DNA of 40,627 bases from positions 57,966,168 to 58,006,794 of the forward strand of contig NC_068986.1 of assembly GCF_001194135.2 (NCBI RefSeq), given 5' to 3'. Positions within the stretch are counted from its first letter, which is position 1. Every line of letters starts with the position of its first letter. Under the pieces are notes generated by a model that saw only the letters and a program-made list of their open reading frames with translations, had not been told where the DNA came from and did not search any database. Positions 12,830-24,975 of this stretch are shown here, piece by piece. Position numbers and translations under genes: made by a program. Origin of the DNA: Octopus bimaculoides. Its lineage: Eukaryota.

Positions 12830-12905
12830 TACCATTCAAGTAATGGCTTCGATTTCATCGATTAACCTTATCCTCCTAAAATTGCTGGCCCTGTAGAAAC
12901 ATAAC
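12830..12905 (+). mobile_element. SINE fragment, right member of an inverted pair
   Basis: cgatttcatcgattaacc...aaaattgctggccctg is the reverse-orientation counterpart of 12703-12746. Confidence 0.6.
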
Positions 12906-14203
12906 AAGAATCACTGTCTTCATCATTATCATGGTAGTACATCGACAGAAACCTTAGAGTGCAGGGCTAAAATACATCATGCTATGTAATTGCATCCTTT
13001 TTTATATTCTGAATTGAAATTCCGCCGACGTCAATTATGCTTTGAATCTTCCAGTACCAGTCAGACTGTCGGTTAGATTTAATTACTTATACACACACTT
13101 CTTAAAAAATTAGTGGCCTGGTACCATTGTAAGGAATTATTCTTTAAACTATATCCAAACTTCAAAATGTTTTATAGCTCGTTTCACTCATATCTCTTTG
13201 AATGATTGTGTAGAAATTGACGTTTAATTATTACACAGATATGTAACATCAGGATTTTTCGTTTTATTGAATGATTGTGTTGAGCTTTGTTTGCTTGTTT
13301 TTGTCGGTTGTGTCAAGAAACTAAATTTGATAACCGGTTTGACTTCATTTTGTAACAATCAGACTACGCCTAGTGCGAATTTGCACAATGGTTGCAAGCA
13401 CAAACAAAAGGTTTACTGAACACGCAACTCAATAAGAGAAGAAAGGGTAAATAGTAAAGTGCAACTGAAATAACAACGTAGGTAGCAAAAGATTTGTTGT
13501 ATTTGAAGTCAAAATGGAGTCCAGCGTATCAAAAAGAATGCGTTAGAAGAACAGAAAGGAAAAAGAGAATGCATATGAGAGTAAATGAGAAAGTGTAGTG
13601 CAGTGGTTAGAATAGAAGTCATATTGAATAAAGGAGATGAGGGATGAAGGGTGAGTAATGAGTGAGAAAGAGGGGGAGCGGGGAGAGTAGAACGTATGAG
13701 AAAGAGAGAAAAGGGAAATTATGATGTCAAAAGAACGGTTGCGTTTCTATTGATGGACCAAACATCCGCCGTGCAGAATAGGTTGAAATTAGAGTGGGCT
13801 ACAACTGGCAAAGAAAGGAAGAGAGAGACGGAAATGTGGAGAGACTCCGGAAATTCAAAAAAGAGTGGAGGTAGCGGTGGTGTTAGAGACAGAAAGTGAA
13901 AAGAAAAAAGAGAGCAGGAGAGAGCAAGGGAAAGACAAGAGAAAAGTTTGAAAAGAGTATTGGGAGACAAAGAACGTAGAAAAGAATGAAGAGGAAAATG
14001 AAAGTAAGTGAGAGACGAAGGAAGAAGGACAAATAATGTTTAGATAGAGAGTTAATAGGCAAATAGAGTATAGGGTGAAACATAGGCAAATGAATGGCAA
14101 ATCAGAAAGAGAAGATTAAGATGCAGAGCCAGAAAAAGAAAAAACAGAAGCAGATAGAGTGAAAGTTAGAGAAAGTTAGAAATATGAGTGAGAAGGTAAG
14201 TTA

Positions 14204-14213
<10 letters not shown>

Positions 14214-14258
<45 letters not shown>
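14214..14258. repeat. (GA)n microsatellite
   Basis: Direct reading. Confidence 0.9.
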
Positions 14259-14262
<4 letters not shown>

Positions 14263-14525
14263 TAAGAGTGTATGTGTGTGCGTATTGGAGGTAGAGCGTA
14301 GCATTTAATAGTAAGAAAGATGGAAAAAAATAGGGAAGAACCGTAAAGAGAGACATTAGTCTGAGAGACAGAGACTGAATGAGCGAGATGTGTGAGAGAT
14401 TCAGAAGAGTTACTCGAATTCTGATTTTTCATACATATACATAATACATACATACAAACATGTATATANNNNNNNNNNNNNNNNNNNNNNNNNNNNNNNN
14501 NNNNNNNNNNNNNNNNNNNNNNNNN

Positions 14526-14561
<36 letters not shown>

Positions 14562-14710
14562 GTGTGTGTTTGTGTGTGTGTGTGTACGAAAGAGACAGAA
14601 TGGTGAATGCCAGTGAATGGATCGGCTTGTAACGAAGAGAGAAGCACACATAATCTAAATGTAATGAAAGAGTTAGTTCGATGCTATATCGGCAGTCAAT
14701 AGTGAACTAG

Positions 14711-14748
14711 CAGCAGCAACAACAACAACAACAACAACAACAACAACC
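14711..14748. repeat. (CAG)n(CAA)n trinucleotide repeat
   Basis: Direct reading. Confidence 0.9.
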
Positions 14749-16019
14749 ACAAATAATGGTAATCAATCGAATCTATGTTCAATTCGATCGCCGCTCTTTG
14801 CTCCTTGATTAGAAAGACTCAAAAGCTATGAGAAGGAAAAGAATAACGAAATATATAAATAAATAAATATATAAATGAAATTAAGGGGGGAAAGGACAGA
14901 AAGAGGAGGAGAAAATGCATTAAAAGGTCTTTGAGTCACATCTAAATGGAATTACCAAATAACGAATAATGAAAATAAAATAAAATAAATAATACAAAGT
15001 ATATAAACGTACAAAAACATAATAAAGAGACGCGAAAATTCATTGGTATTCTTGTTCCTTCTTTTTTCTTCTTTCTTTGGCTGTTATTTTTATTTATTTA
15101 TTGTTTATTTATTTATTTTTGGCTAAATTTGATGAAATCCTAACCAAAAGGATGTATCAATCGGTAATTCTTTGTTAAATCGTTCATAGTTCCAGAACAC
15201 AGACCAACTATAAAGACAAACCGAAGTGGAAAGAGCTGTGTGTGCGGAGGTGATGGTGGTAATAGTGGTGCGGATGGTGGTGGTGGTGGTAGTGGTGGTG
15301 GAGTTGGGGTGGTAGTGCAAGTGAAGAAGTGATAGAGTATAATGGGTGGGTGGGGGAATGAGAGATGTTGAGGATTGCGAGGAGGAGGTCAAAAGAGCGA
15401 AACGACTCTTGATGCTTTTACAGTGCAAAGGGTTTTTTCTTGTTTTTTTGTTTGTTTGTGTATAGGTTTGTGTGTGTGGTTTTTCTTTCTCGAAGAGCGC
15501 CATCAATGGAATTACCACATCTAGTACTGAGATGGGCAACCAACAATAATATAGAGAAAGAATGTTTGGGTGGGACGAAATAAAAGAAAAGCAGCAAAAC
15601 AAACGCAAAAATAAGAGAGGGCACATCCTAGTAACTGTGGGTGGTGTCTTTGTCCTCCTTGTTTTACGTTATCTCGCTAATATCATTAATATAATAAAAA
15701 AGAGGCGGGACTTTTTTTCTCCCTATTTTTCTACATACAGATGCTTCGTTCTGAAAAAAGACAAGTTAGACCTAAGGTCAGTTAAAGAATTATTCGTGTT
15801 TTCTACGCCATAACATCATTATTTTAGCTTTTGTTATTATTGCTACTGGTTGTTGTTGCAGTTGTTGTTGTTTCACCGAAAAAAAAATCAATGGAAATTG
15901 AAGAGGTTAATTCATATCTTCTCCTCCCACAAAATTATTGAAGTTCAATTCAACAAAGAGACATTTGCGGCCTCGTCCAATTTCAAGCTACAAATAGTTC
16001 TTGCTGCATAGTTTGAACA

Positions 16020-16035
16020 TAACAACAACAACAGC

Positions 16036-16088
<53 letters not shown>

Positions 16089-16099
16089 TAATAGTAGTA

Positions 16100-16142
<43 letters not shown>

Positions 16143-16176
16143 TAATAGTAGTAGTAATAATAATAATGATAATAAT
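16020..16176. repeat. Compound (AAC)/(AAT)/(TAG) repeat with a duplicated (aat)n-gataatagtagtagt unit
   Basis: Direct reading. Confidence 0.9.
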
Positions 16177-17142
16177 GACGATGATAACATCAAGACGACC
16201 GCAAAGAATAAATAAATTAAGGATTTTTAATTAAAATACTTTCTTGCTGTCATGACTTGCCGGTTGATTGAGACAGTCAACATCTCTCACTTTCAATAAC
16301 ATTCTTTCATATTTTCATATTTCAAAAAAAAATCAAAATAAAGAAATAAAAGAAAAAAAGTATTGTTTCAATGCCAGAAGATCTTGTTACAGTTAAAATA
16401 ACAAGCTTCGCCTGCTAGAAATGGTAGCCAAATCTGTCTTAAAGATGGTCATCATTTTGATTGTAGGGTGTTCGATCACAGCACTGACTTTTGGCTAACA
16501 CAAGCATATACTATCCCTAGTCACTACACATGCCAGCAATAGCAGCCGAATTTTCCATAATTCATGCCAATGTTTTTTTACAAAACGGAGTCATTCGATA
16601 TTGCAATCTTAACCAAACTACATCTGAGCGAATATAAGACAATATGGTCAATCTTGAGATGCCTTTAATCATACGATTGTTGATTTGGGGCTAAAAATCC
16701 ACAGGAACTCCGTTTTATTTCTATGACCCAAATTTGTGTAGTTTTTAAAGAAAGATAAGTTGCTAATCTCATACACGCCTGAGAGTCATTTCACAGTCGT
16801 TATAGTCCTGTGTTCGAGAGTACTACGCGGTACCATGGGCATGTGTTCTAATATAGACTTGGATTAACTGGGGGTTGTGGTCGGCGGAAACAGGGTGGAA
16901 CTCGGCATACATGGGTGTGTGTGTGTGTGTTTTAAAATGCGTGACAAGAAATGTTATGAACCAGTACTTTTGAACGAAACTCCTTCGTCACGTTTGTTCT
17001 GTCCAGGTTACACAGACATTTTCTTCATATTGTCGTTATGGTAAATGCGTTGAGATTGTGACTGGTTAGTTCTAAACCGGTAATTACTGATACTATTACT
17101 CCAAAATACGGTTTATTATAAATATACAAATATTAACATTAC

Positions 17143-17195
17143 CTGGTCGTTTTGTGCGTCTGTTCGATTTTCCACATCTGTATGGCCATTTGGCA
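17143..17195 (-). CDS. Pax2/5/8: 53-nt coding exon, (V)PNGHTDVENRTDAQNDQ
   Basis: tttttcttttctgttttacag|TGCCAAAT...AACGACCAG|gtaatg. Both splice sites are strong, and the phase-0 exit joins the phase-0 exon at 11723/11720. Confidence 0.72.
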
Positions 17196-17896
17196 CTGTA
17201 AAACAGAAAAGAAAAATACATGTTTAGAACAAAACAATATTCATGTATTCTACAAAGTTGTATATTAACAAGTAGGTAGTATAGGAAATGAGATTGTGTG
17301 ACGTTAATGCCTCTTTTGGGGTCATTACACACAAATTGGGGGATGAAATCATTCAACTCAAGGACCGAATCGAAACAGAATCGTGAATATGTCATTATAT
17401 TACGGCACTCGTCCATATTTGGATTTATTGATTTCTTATAGAGGCACAAGTGGAGAATATATTGACAGTATTTATGAGTAAATATAAGCCATGTATTGAT
17501 ATATGATATCAAGTAAAGTAATATATAAAAACACGATTAAATAATGAATTTAGGAATTGTAGTGTGAGACACTAGTGCTTTGGATACTGAAATGCCGAGC
17601 AAACAAATTATAATTATATAAATTAGTTAATTGTATGGCTAGATAGTTAGAGAGGTAGATTCAAGTGTGACTTTGCTAGCAGAGAATTAGTTAATTTTAA
17701 AAAATACTTTCCAGAAAGATTCTCCCACGCAGTTTAAATGGAAGGAGGAAAAATAAGGGCGAGTGTTCAGACACTGTGGAGCCAGCAATATTACGAGGAA
17801 CGAGGTCGGTAAATTTTAAACCGAAACGAGGTGATTTCTGACTGCATTGAACCACGGCGAACATTATTCCGTCAAGGCGCCAATCTATTTATTTAC

Positions 17897-17925
17897 CAGC
17901 AGTAACCGTGCCTGGACTGGCTGGA
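17897..17925 (-). CDS. Pax2/5/8: 29-nt coding microexon, (x)PASPGTVTA(V)
   Basis: tttgttcttcag|TCCAGCCAGTCCAGGCACGGTTACTGCTG|gtaaat. The phase-1 exit G joins TG of the next exon to give GTG. The exon is a GC-rich island in AT-rich intron. Confidence 0.6.
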
Positions 17926-18109
17926 CTGAAGAACAAATTGTATGTGAACAACTATACGATATTTGTTCATATACAATTTTCATAGTAAATCAACTATTTA
18001 TTGAATAACAACGTTCGAACTAATACCACTACTACTAATAATAATAATCATCATAGTAATAATTTCTTGCTACTACTACTAATAATAATATTGATTTCTT
18101 CCATAGGCA

Positions 18110-18300
18110 GAAGGCCTTAAATATGGCGGAGGGTAACATTGAATTATATGAATCCTAGTACTTAACTGATCATTTAGTTTATCAACTCCAAAAGTTTGGT
18201 AGAGAAAATTAGTTTCAGCGGGGTTTGAATTCAGAACGTAGTGATTCAAGACAAGCAGTGCAATGCACTTTTTTAGAACTCTAAAGATTCAGTAAATCTA
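18110..18300 (-). mobile_element. Degenerate tRNA-derived SINE
   Basis: Collinear with the 18841-19042 copy (aaggcc...tttatcaactcc...gcggggtttgaattcagaacgt). Confidence 0.6.
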
Positions 18301-18840
18301 TTGGCTCTGATCAATCCACTCACTGCACTTCAACTCTATGAAAATGAAAAGATAACTCAGCACAGTATTACAGTGTATAGTAGCCACTCAAAATACGATC
18401 CAATCTCAGATGTAACCTGTTACTCTTTAAAACCGATGATACAGTGTTAAGCTCTTAGAATAAATGTTAACCTACAGTTTAATAAAAAAAAAAGTCATTA
18501 TAATTACCAGTAGGAAGATAAAGATTTCTTAAGTGTGATAGTATTAAGGATGGAAATCAAGAGTTGGATATAAAAAAAGGTGAAAAGGTTTAGGTCTCGG
18601 GTATCCTTCAGCAGATTTCAGCGTTCAAGAAAAGTCTCTCAACATTTCTTTTACTTTTGTAGGAAGTCAATAAGATAAATGCGACTGCAATAAAAGCAGT
18701 AAAACTCTCTCCCTCATTTCACAAAGTAAGTTCGATAAATCCAGTTTTAATTTTCACAGAGAAAACTGCCTGCTCCTTCCAGTCAAAAGAAGGAAGAAGG
18801 CAGTGGGACAATGTTCCTTATAATAATCCTTTCTACTATA

Positions 18841-19042
18841 AGCACAAGGCCTGAAAATTTGAGAGAGGGGTTGAGTAGATGACATCGATCCCAGACCTCA
18901 ACTGGTACATAGTTTATCGACCCCGTAAGGAGGAAAGGCAAAGACCTCCTCGCCGGAGTTTGAACTCAGAACGTTAAGACGGAGGAAATACTGCTAAGTA
19001 TTTTGTTGCGGTGTGATGCCGATTCTGCCGGCTCGCCGCCTT
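18841..19042 (-). mobile_element. Near full-length octopus tRNA-derived SINE
   Basis: The reverse complement reads aaggcggcgagccggcagaatc...gttctgagttcaaactccggcgagg...ggggtcgataaac...aggccttgtgct, with A-box-like and B-box-like head motifs. Confidence 0.8.
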
Positions 19043-20504
19043 AATAATAATAATGACAACACCTCACATAATTATACTTTGCCCTATACAAATGTTATGA
19101 ATTCGATTTCACATTTACTCTTTTAAATATGGCGTGAATTGATCCAGGTCGTCTGATACTCTATTAGTAAACTTTTCAGCTTCCAATTGCTTAATTTGTA
19201 ATCATTTGTGGAAGATATTTCTAAAGTGTTTTCTACGTAAAATTGAACACTAAAATGATATGTATGTATGTATGTATGTATGTGTGTGTGTATCCACCCA
19301 CCATTTTAACACTTACCAAACGTGATTAGAAAGAATAGCAAACTGAAATAAATACACACACTAACATGTCCGCAGCTTTGATGTATGCAATAAATTTTCG
19401 CTTAAATATTGTAAATCACTCATTGAAATAAGAGGGTGGAAAGTAGTGAAACATTCTCAAATTGAATTTAAAAACAAAACAAAAAGCAAACGCCGAAAAA
19501 GGTTAATTGCTGAAAATTTTGAAGCATTTGTAATTCAGTGAGACTAGTTTTTGTTTTTTCTTTTATTTAATTTTTCGACTTGTTTTAGTTTTAATTTCTA
19601 TTTCTAATATACATCGAGTAAAAGGAAAGAAATTTAATATATTCCTGAACACGTAATTTATTTCCAAGGACACCTAAGTAATATGGGAGTAACGTGAGAT
19701 CTATTACAATTCATAAAGCTAAAATTGGATTCAAGAAGGAAGGCGAGTGTGGCGATACCACCATTCTAGACCACACGGTATTTTTTGATATGATACATAG
19801 AAAGCAATAGAAACATTTTTATTTTAAAGATTAATGATGTATTGATTAAACCATGGAGAGGACATCACAAAACATGATAGAAAACTTACTCCAGGACAAA
19901 ACAAGAAAAGTGGAAATAGTTAAAGAAAATTTCGGCATGTGAGTTTGTCATCGCCGTATACTTAAAACATATAGAACTCCATTTTCGCATAGTGCTACAG
20001 CCATAGCAAAGTGACCTTAGAGACAAAATGCTCGCGTTGCAAAAATACTACAAAATTAGTGGGATATCACAAAGAGGCTAAGGACACGTATAGCAGTATA
20101 GCAAATATAGTTTGGTTGAAACTGTTCATTCCAAAACTTTATTTTTGTCAATCACATTGTTAAAAATGTGATGCGTTCGAAATTTAAAATTTATAAAATT
20201 TCACGAAGGAAGATAAAATAGAGACTGAGGGCATTCCAATAATTTTTTTCTTTTTTTTTTGTCACCGACTCCATTAATCTAGTGGATCACTTATTATACA
20301 GCGTTTAATTCAGGTGGATTTGATCTTATGAAATGCTGATGCACTTTTTGAAAAGAAAGGCCTTTAAAAATGCGTGAGAGAGGGAAACTGGGAAAGAAAA
20401 TTATAGAATAGTAAAGCGGTAAAAGTGTAGTTGTTATTGGTAGAGGAAACAAATACTATTTTGTTGACAGAGTGGGGTGCAATTGAAGTAAAGAGAAATG
20501 AAAG

Positions 20505-20513
20505 AGAGAGAGG

Positions 20514-20565
<52 letters not shown>

Positions 20566-20659
20566 GTAGGATTGGTGATCAAAGCAATAATTCAAGAAAG
20601 GGGCACACAGATAATGAGAAGATCGGGTTTTATGGAAGAAGCTATGACTAAGAAGACAT

Positions 20660-20718
<59 letters not shown>
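20505..20718. repeat. (AG)n and (GACA)n(GATA)n microsatellites
   Basis: Direct reading. Confidence 0.9.
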
Positions 20719-20738
<20 letters not shown>

Positions 20739-22429
20739 TGCGAAGAGTAAGAAAGAAACTGAGAGAATGACAAGTATGTAAAGATCATTTTTCCTTAATG
20801 AAATTAATAAAGAAATAAAGAAAAACAGGAATAGATAACAGAATAACAAACAAAAAAGCAAAATAAACAATTACAGCAAGCACAACAAAGAAGGTGAAGA
20901 AATACATCATTTAAAGATCTGTAAACTGATCTCAACTACTAATGTTGTACGATAAAATCGCGTGCAAGATAATATTTGATGATATATTACGATTGTTTTG
21001 CATGTTAGAGTCATCTAAGTTGCCGCCGTTTTCAAAAGAAAACAAAATAAAATAAAATTAATAATAATAAAGGAATATGTAGGCGTGGCATTTGGGGCTA
21101 CATATGAAGAGACGTAAGGGTTGGGATCCTCTAATTGGACATGGTAACAGGTCAGATTCACAATACTTGAAGCAGCTAACTGAGCACAAAATCAGTCTCT
21201 CACTACACGATACCACGCCATACCCTACCACTTCTCTCTAGCTCGGCGTCCAAACAATTCATTATTGATATCACTAAATTGTTTATAGATTCGATAATTA
21301 AATAGAGTTAAATGAAGCAATATCGTAGTTTAATCCCAGTAGCTACATTTTTATTTATGAGAGCTTTTCCACTATTTCGCCAACCACATGCACACGTACG
21401 CATGCATGCACCCACAACATTATTATTACAAAGGAAACTATTATCTGAGCGTTAGGGCAGTTAGTATGCCAGCAAACAACATACAAGTAAATATGCTATT
21501 ACGTGGTCGCTAAAATTGCTAGAAATAACACCAACATTTCCTTCGCAACACAACGCTATATCTTCCATAATGTGGTCTACGAAACATTGTTCCTAAAAGT
21601 TTATAAAGCAGGAATGGTTCGGCCCTTGGCAACTTTTGATTGTAAGCCGATTCGAGGGGGAAGACCTACAATCAAAGATTGTTAATCTGTAGCCATCGTG
21701 TTTTTTGTATATCATAGTCAGTGATAAATTAATATATACCTTAGTGACAAAGAAAATATAGGAGGGATATATATAACAGAAAGACAAAAGTGATAAGATA
21801 GCTCATTAAAACAAACCAACACTGTATACATTTGAAAACTAAAATGAATATTCTTACATGCAACATTAACAGTCTGAAGACCACCAAGGTAACCTCAATT
21901 ATTATTTTTATTCTCATTTTATTACCCTCCGCGCCATCAAGTCAAATTATAATGCTGTTGATGAAAACTGCTTCAGTTGTAAAGATCTTCAATGGTAAAT
22001 TGGGTTTCTTCCCCCATTTACTTCGCTCCACTTCTTATCCGGAATGTTTTTTCCGAAAAGAAACTGTTAAATGATCAGCTGGCACACATCCCGCGATTTA
22101 TATTCTTTATGTTGATATTGGTTTCATTTCTCAGGCAGCAGCCATGTTTGACCATCGGCATCAATAATTCATGCGACCATATCGAAACAATTACTTATTT
22201 GTATTTCTATGGTCACTAAGTTACGTAGTTTTTAAAAAATACTTTTATTTTTCCACATAAACGCGGTCTCAGGCACATGTATATATATGACCTGTTGTCG
22301 GACAGATAACCAAGTTCTATTCACAACCTACTGCTTCTTCTGAAGATATAGACGAAAATGACTGCCCAATAAGATATGAAGTGAAATCGAAAGTGAGACA
22401 ATGTGTTTGCGACCGAAGTTTGTAAGTAG

Positions 22430-22462
<33 letters not shown>

Positions 22463-22479
22463 ACATAACTGGTAATGAG

Positions 22480-23680
22480 GGTTCCGGTTGATCCGATCAA
22501 CGAAACAGGTTGTTTTAATTACACATGTTGGTAGGGTAACCCATGATCTATAATAACTTTTCTTCCTTTTTCTTCTTCATCCCTGGCAAATAATGGATTC
22601 AAGAAGTAGTATGAGGTCATTGAATTCTTGCCGAAGGAAAGATGCAGCTTCTCCGACATCCATAGAAGGATACAGGTTGTTTACGGAGATGACACCACTG
22701 ACAAGACGAATGTGCACAGATGGATGAAGAAGTTTTAAAAATAGCCAGCCTCCATGCGGAGTGAGACCGAACGTGTGGGCGAATTGATTCGCGCTGACAG
22801 ATGAGTCACAATGGCTGACTTTGCTGCACTGCTGAAGTCTGGTCTCAATACGTTGCAAAAGATAGTGGAAGACTATGGGTATTGGAAAATGTGTAAAGTG
22901 AGCACCTCGGCAGTTGACAGGCGACTTGAAGGGGAGAATGGTGAAAGTCTGCTCTGAATTGTTGGAAGCGTTTGAAGCCCGGGAAAATACATTTTTCCAG
23001 ATCAGGTAGCAGGCGATAAAAGTGATTCTATCTTTAACATATACATATAATGCATGGAATGCTTGTAAACGAAATTCAGTTGCGCCTCTTTCCATAACGT
23101 AAGCTATTTAAGACCTGAGATAGGCAGAGAAAGTTCTGGTGACTCTTTTGGAAGGGATGACAGAGGCTTCCATTCTCCTTAATTTTCTTACTATGCTTGT
23201 ACCGCGAATAGGATCTTAAATAAGAGAATCCGAAAAAACTGGTAAAAGCTATTAGGAGGCAGAGACCGAAAAAGAATCTTTAAAAAAATCCTCATTCTTC
23301 ATAACAATATGTGACCACACATATATATAATAATAAACAGACAATTGGCAAATGTGACAGGCCGATGATTCCCTCAGCCACCATATCTGGTGCCATTCAT
23401 CTTCCACCTGTTCGGTCCAATGAAGGGCAGTGTTCGTGAACAACAATTTAATGACACCGACAAGATGAGAGTAGGCGTGAAGAAGTGGGTACAGTAATGC
23501 ACACCTGAATTGTTGAGTTCAATGATGGCACGAATGCATCATTTGTTATTGAGAATATATGGAGGAGTACATTTTCATAGAACACTTACTCTAGGAATAT
23601 GAGCAATTTGAACGACTTACGCCAGTTAATGAAAAGAGTTATGCTCACTTTTGCATTAATTTCGGTACAACACTGCTACA
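22480..23680 (+). mobile_element. Decayed Tc1/mariner (mariner-like) DNA transposon
   Basis: Plus-strand translation with stops and frameshifts gives YEVIEFLPKERCSFSDIHRRIQVVYGDD..VHRWMKKF (HTH), ERVGELIRADR, APRQLT (WVPRxLT), AGDK, ILILHNN (LLHDNARPH) and QPPY..FHLFGPMK. The element sits next to (TA)n-rich sequence. The TIRs are not confidently recognisable. Confidence 0.88.
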
Positions 23681-23862
23681 TATATTTATAAATATCTGTG
23701 TGTGTGTGGAGGGGTGAATGCATGTATGCGTGACATGTGTAATACACACAAACAGATATACATATATTTACATAGAGTATATACGCATATACATAGATTT
23801 ATATATACATACATACATACACACGTACTTATATATATTTACATCCGTGTATGTGCACACAG

Positions 23863-23903
<41 letters not shown>

Positions 23904-24854
23904 CACACGTACATATATGTATTTACACACGCACATATATAATACCCGCGCACATATGCTTACAAACACATACACCCACACTCCTTCCTTTTACTTTTAT
24001 AGAGCAGTCCGTTCTTCCGTTGGTAATGCATTTCTCAAGATATCTCTCTTCCTTTCATAGAGTAAGAAACTCGTAATATTTAATCAAGAAGGTATTTTCC
24101 ATCCTTGAACCTCCTGCCCCTACATCCGTCATTTTCTTTTACTGGTTAGATATATTTTGAACATTAATAAACTCAAACATACTGCTCTATATGTATGCGT
24201 ATATTCATGTACATGAAAATAAGGTTACCTCAAAGCTCTTCATTCTTTGTATTTCAGTTCGTTACAACACACACACACACACACAGCTATCAATTTTAAG
24301 TACGCGCGCGCGCACGTATGTGTAAGTTAATTTCAAACCTCAAAGCTTTTTCATTCTTCACATTTCAACTCGTTGCCACATACGAAATACACATACACAT
24401 ACATCCACACATAGAACTATCAATTTTAAAACAAAGCAACAGCTCAGTAAATATTACACAATTATTTGATGAAAATGTTCATTTCTTCACCATTTTTGTT
24501 CTACTCGTATTTATTAACGTTGTTGCTAATTTCCTTTTCGACTTTTATGAAATCTGAGAAAAGATGAAGACTTTATAAATAAAATCTAATTTTATATTGA
24601 TCTTGAACGAGTCGACAAAATGTCTGAAATGGTTTTCATGTATGGTTGATCTAAAGGAGCTGTAAATTCTAATGAACAGCATATATACGATACTCATGTC
24701 TATAAAATAGCGATTATAAACCAAAATAGACCTTTGTTATTACGAGAATCTTTATTTTTATGAATGCTATCAACATCATCATTATCATTATCACTATAAC
24801 TATAATCTCTCATATTAATATTCTTTTATTATAGTTATCAATTTGAGAAGGGTA

Positions 24855-24975
24855 ATGGATTGGCAGAATCAGTTAGAGAGTGGGACAAAAGGTTTTCTGC
24901 TGTATAGATATGATGTTGTATGAGTTATGTCCGCCTATGTTCTGAGTTCAAATCTCGCTGATATGCCATTGTTTC
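24855..24975 (+). mobile_element. SINE head fragment
   Basis: tggcagaatcagttag...gttctgagttcaaatctcgc matches the head of the 18.85 kb copy. Confidence 0.6.

Noticed and set aside
17413-17422. CArG box CCATATTTGG
   Set aside because: A few such sites are expected by chance in 40 kb of AT-rich DNA.
17096-17512. 138-aa minus-strand ORF
   Set aside because: It overlaps the 53-nt exon in another frame (AKWPYRCG...). That frame hits a stop soon after entering the next exon, and the rest is AT-rich intron.
22577-23095. 172-aa minus-strand ORF
   Set aside because: It is the antisense shadow of the plus-strand mariner transposase.
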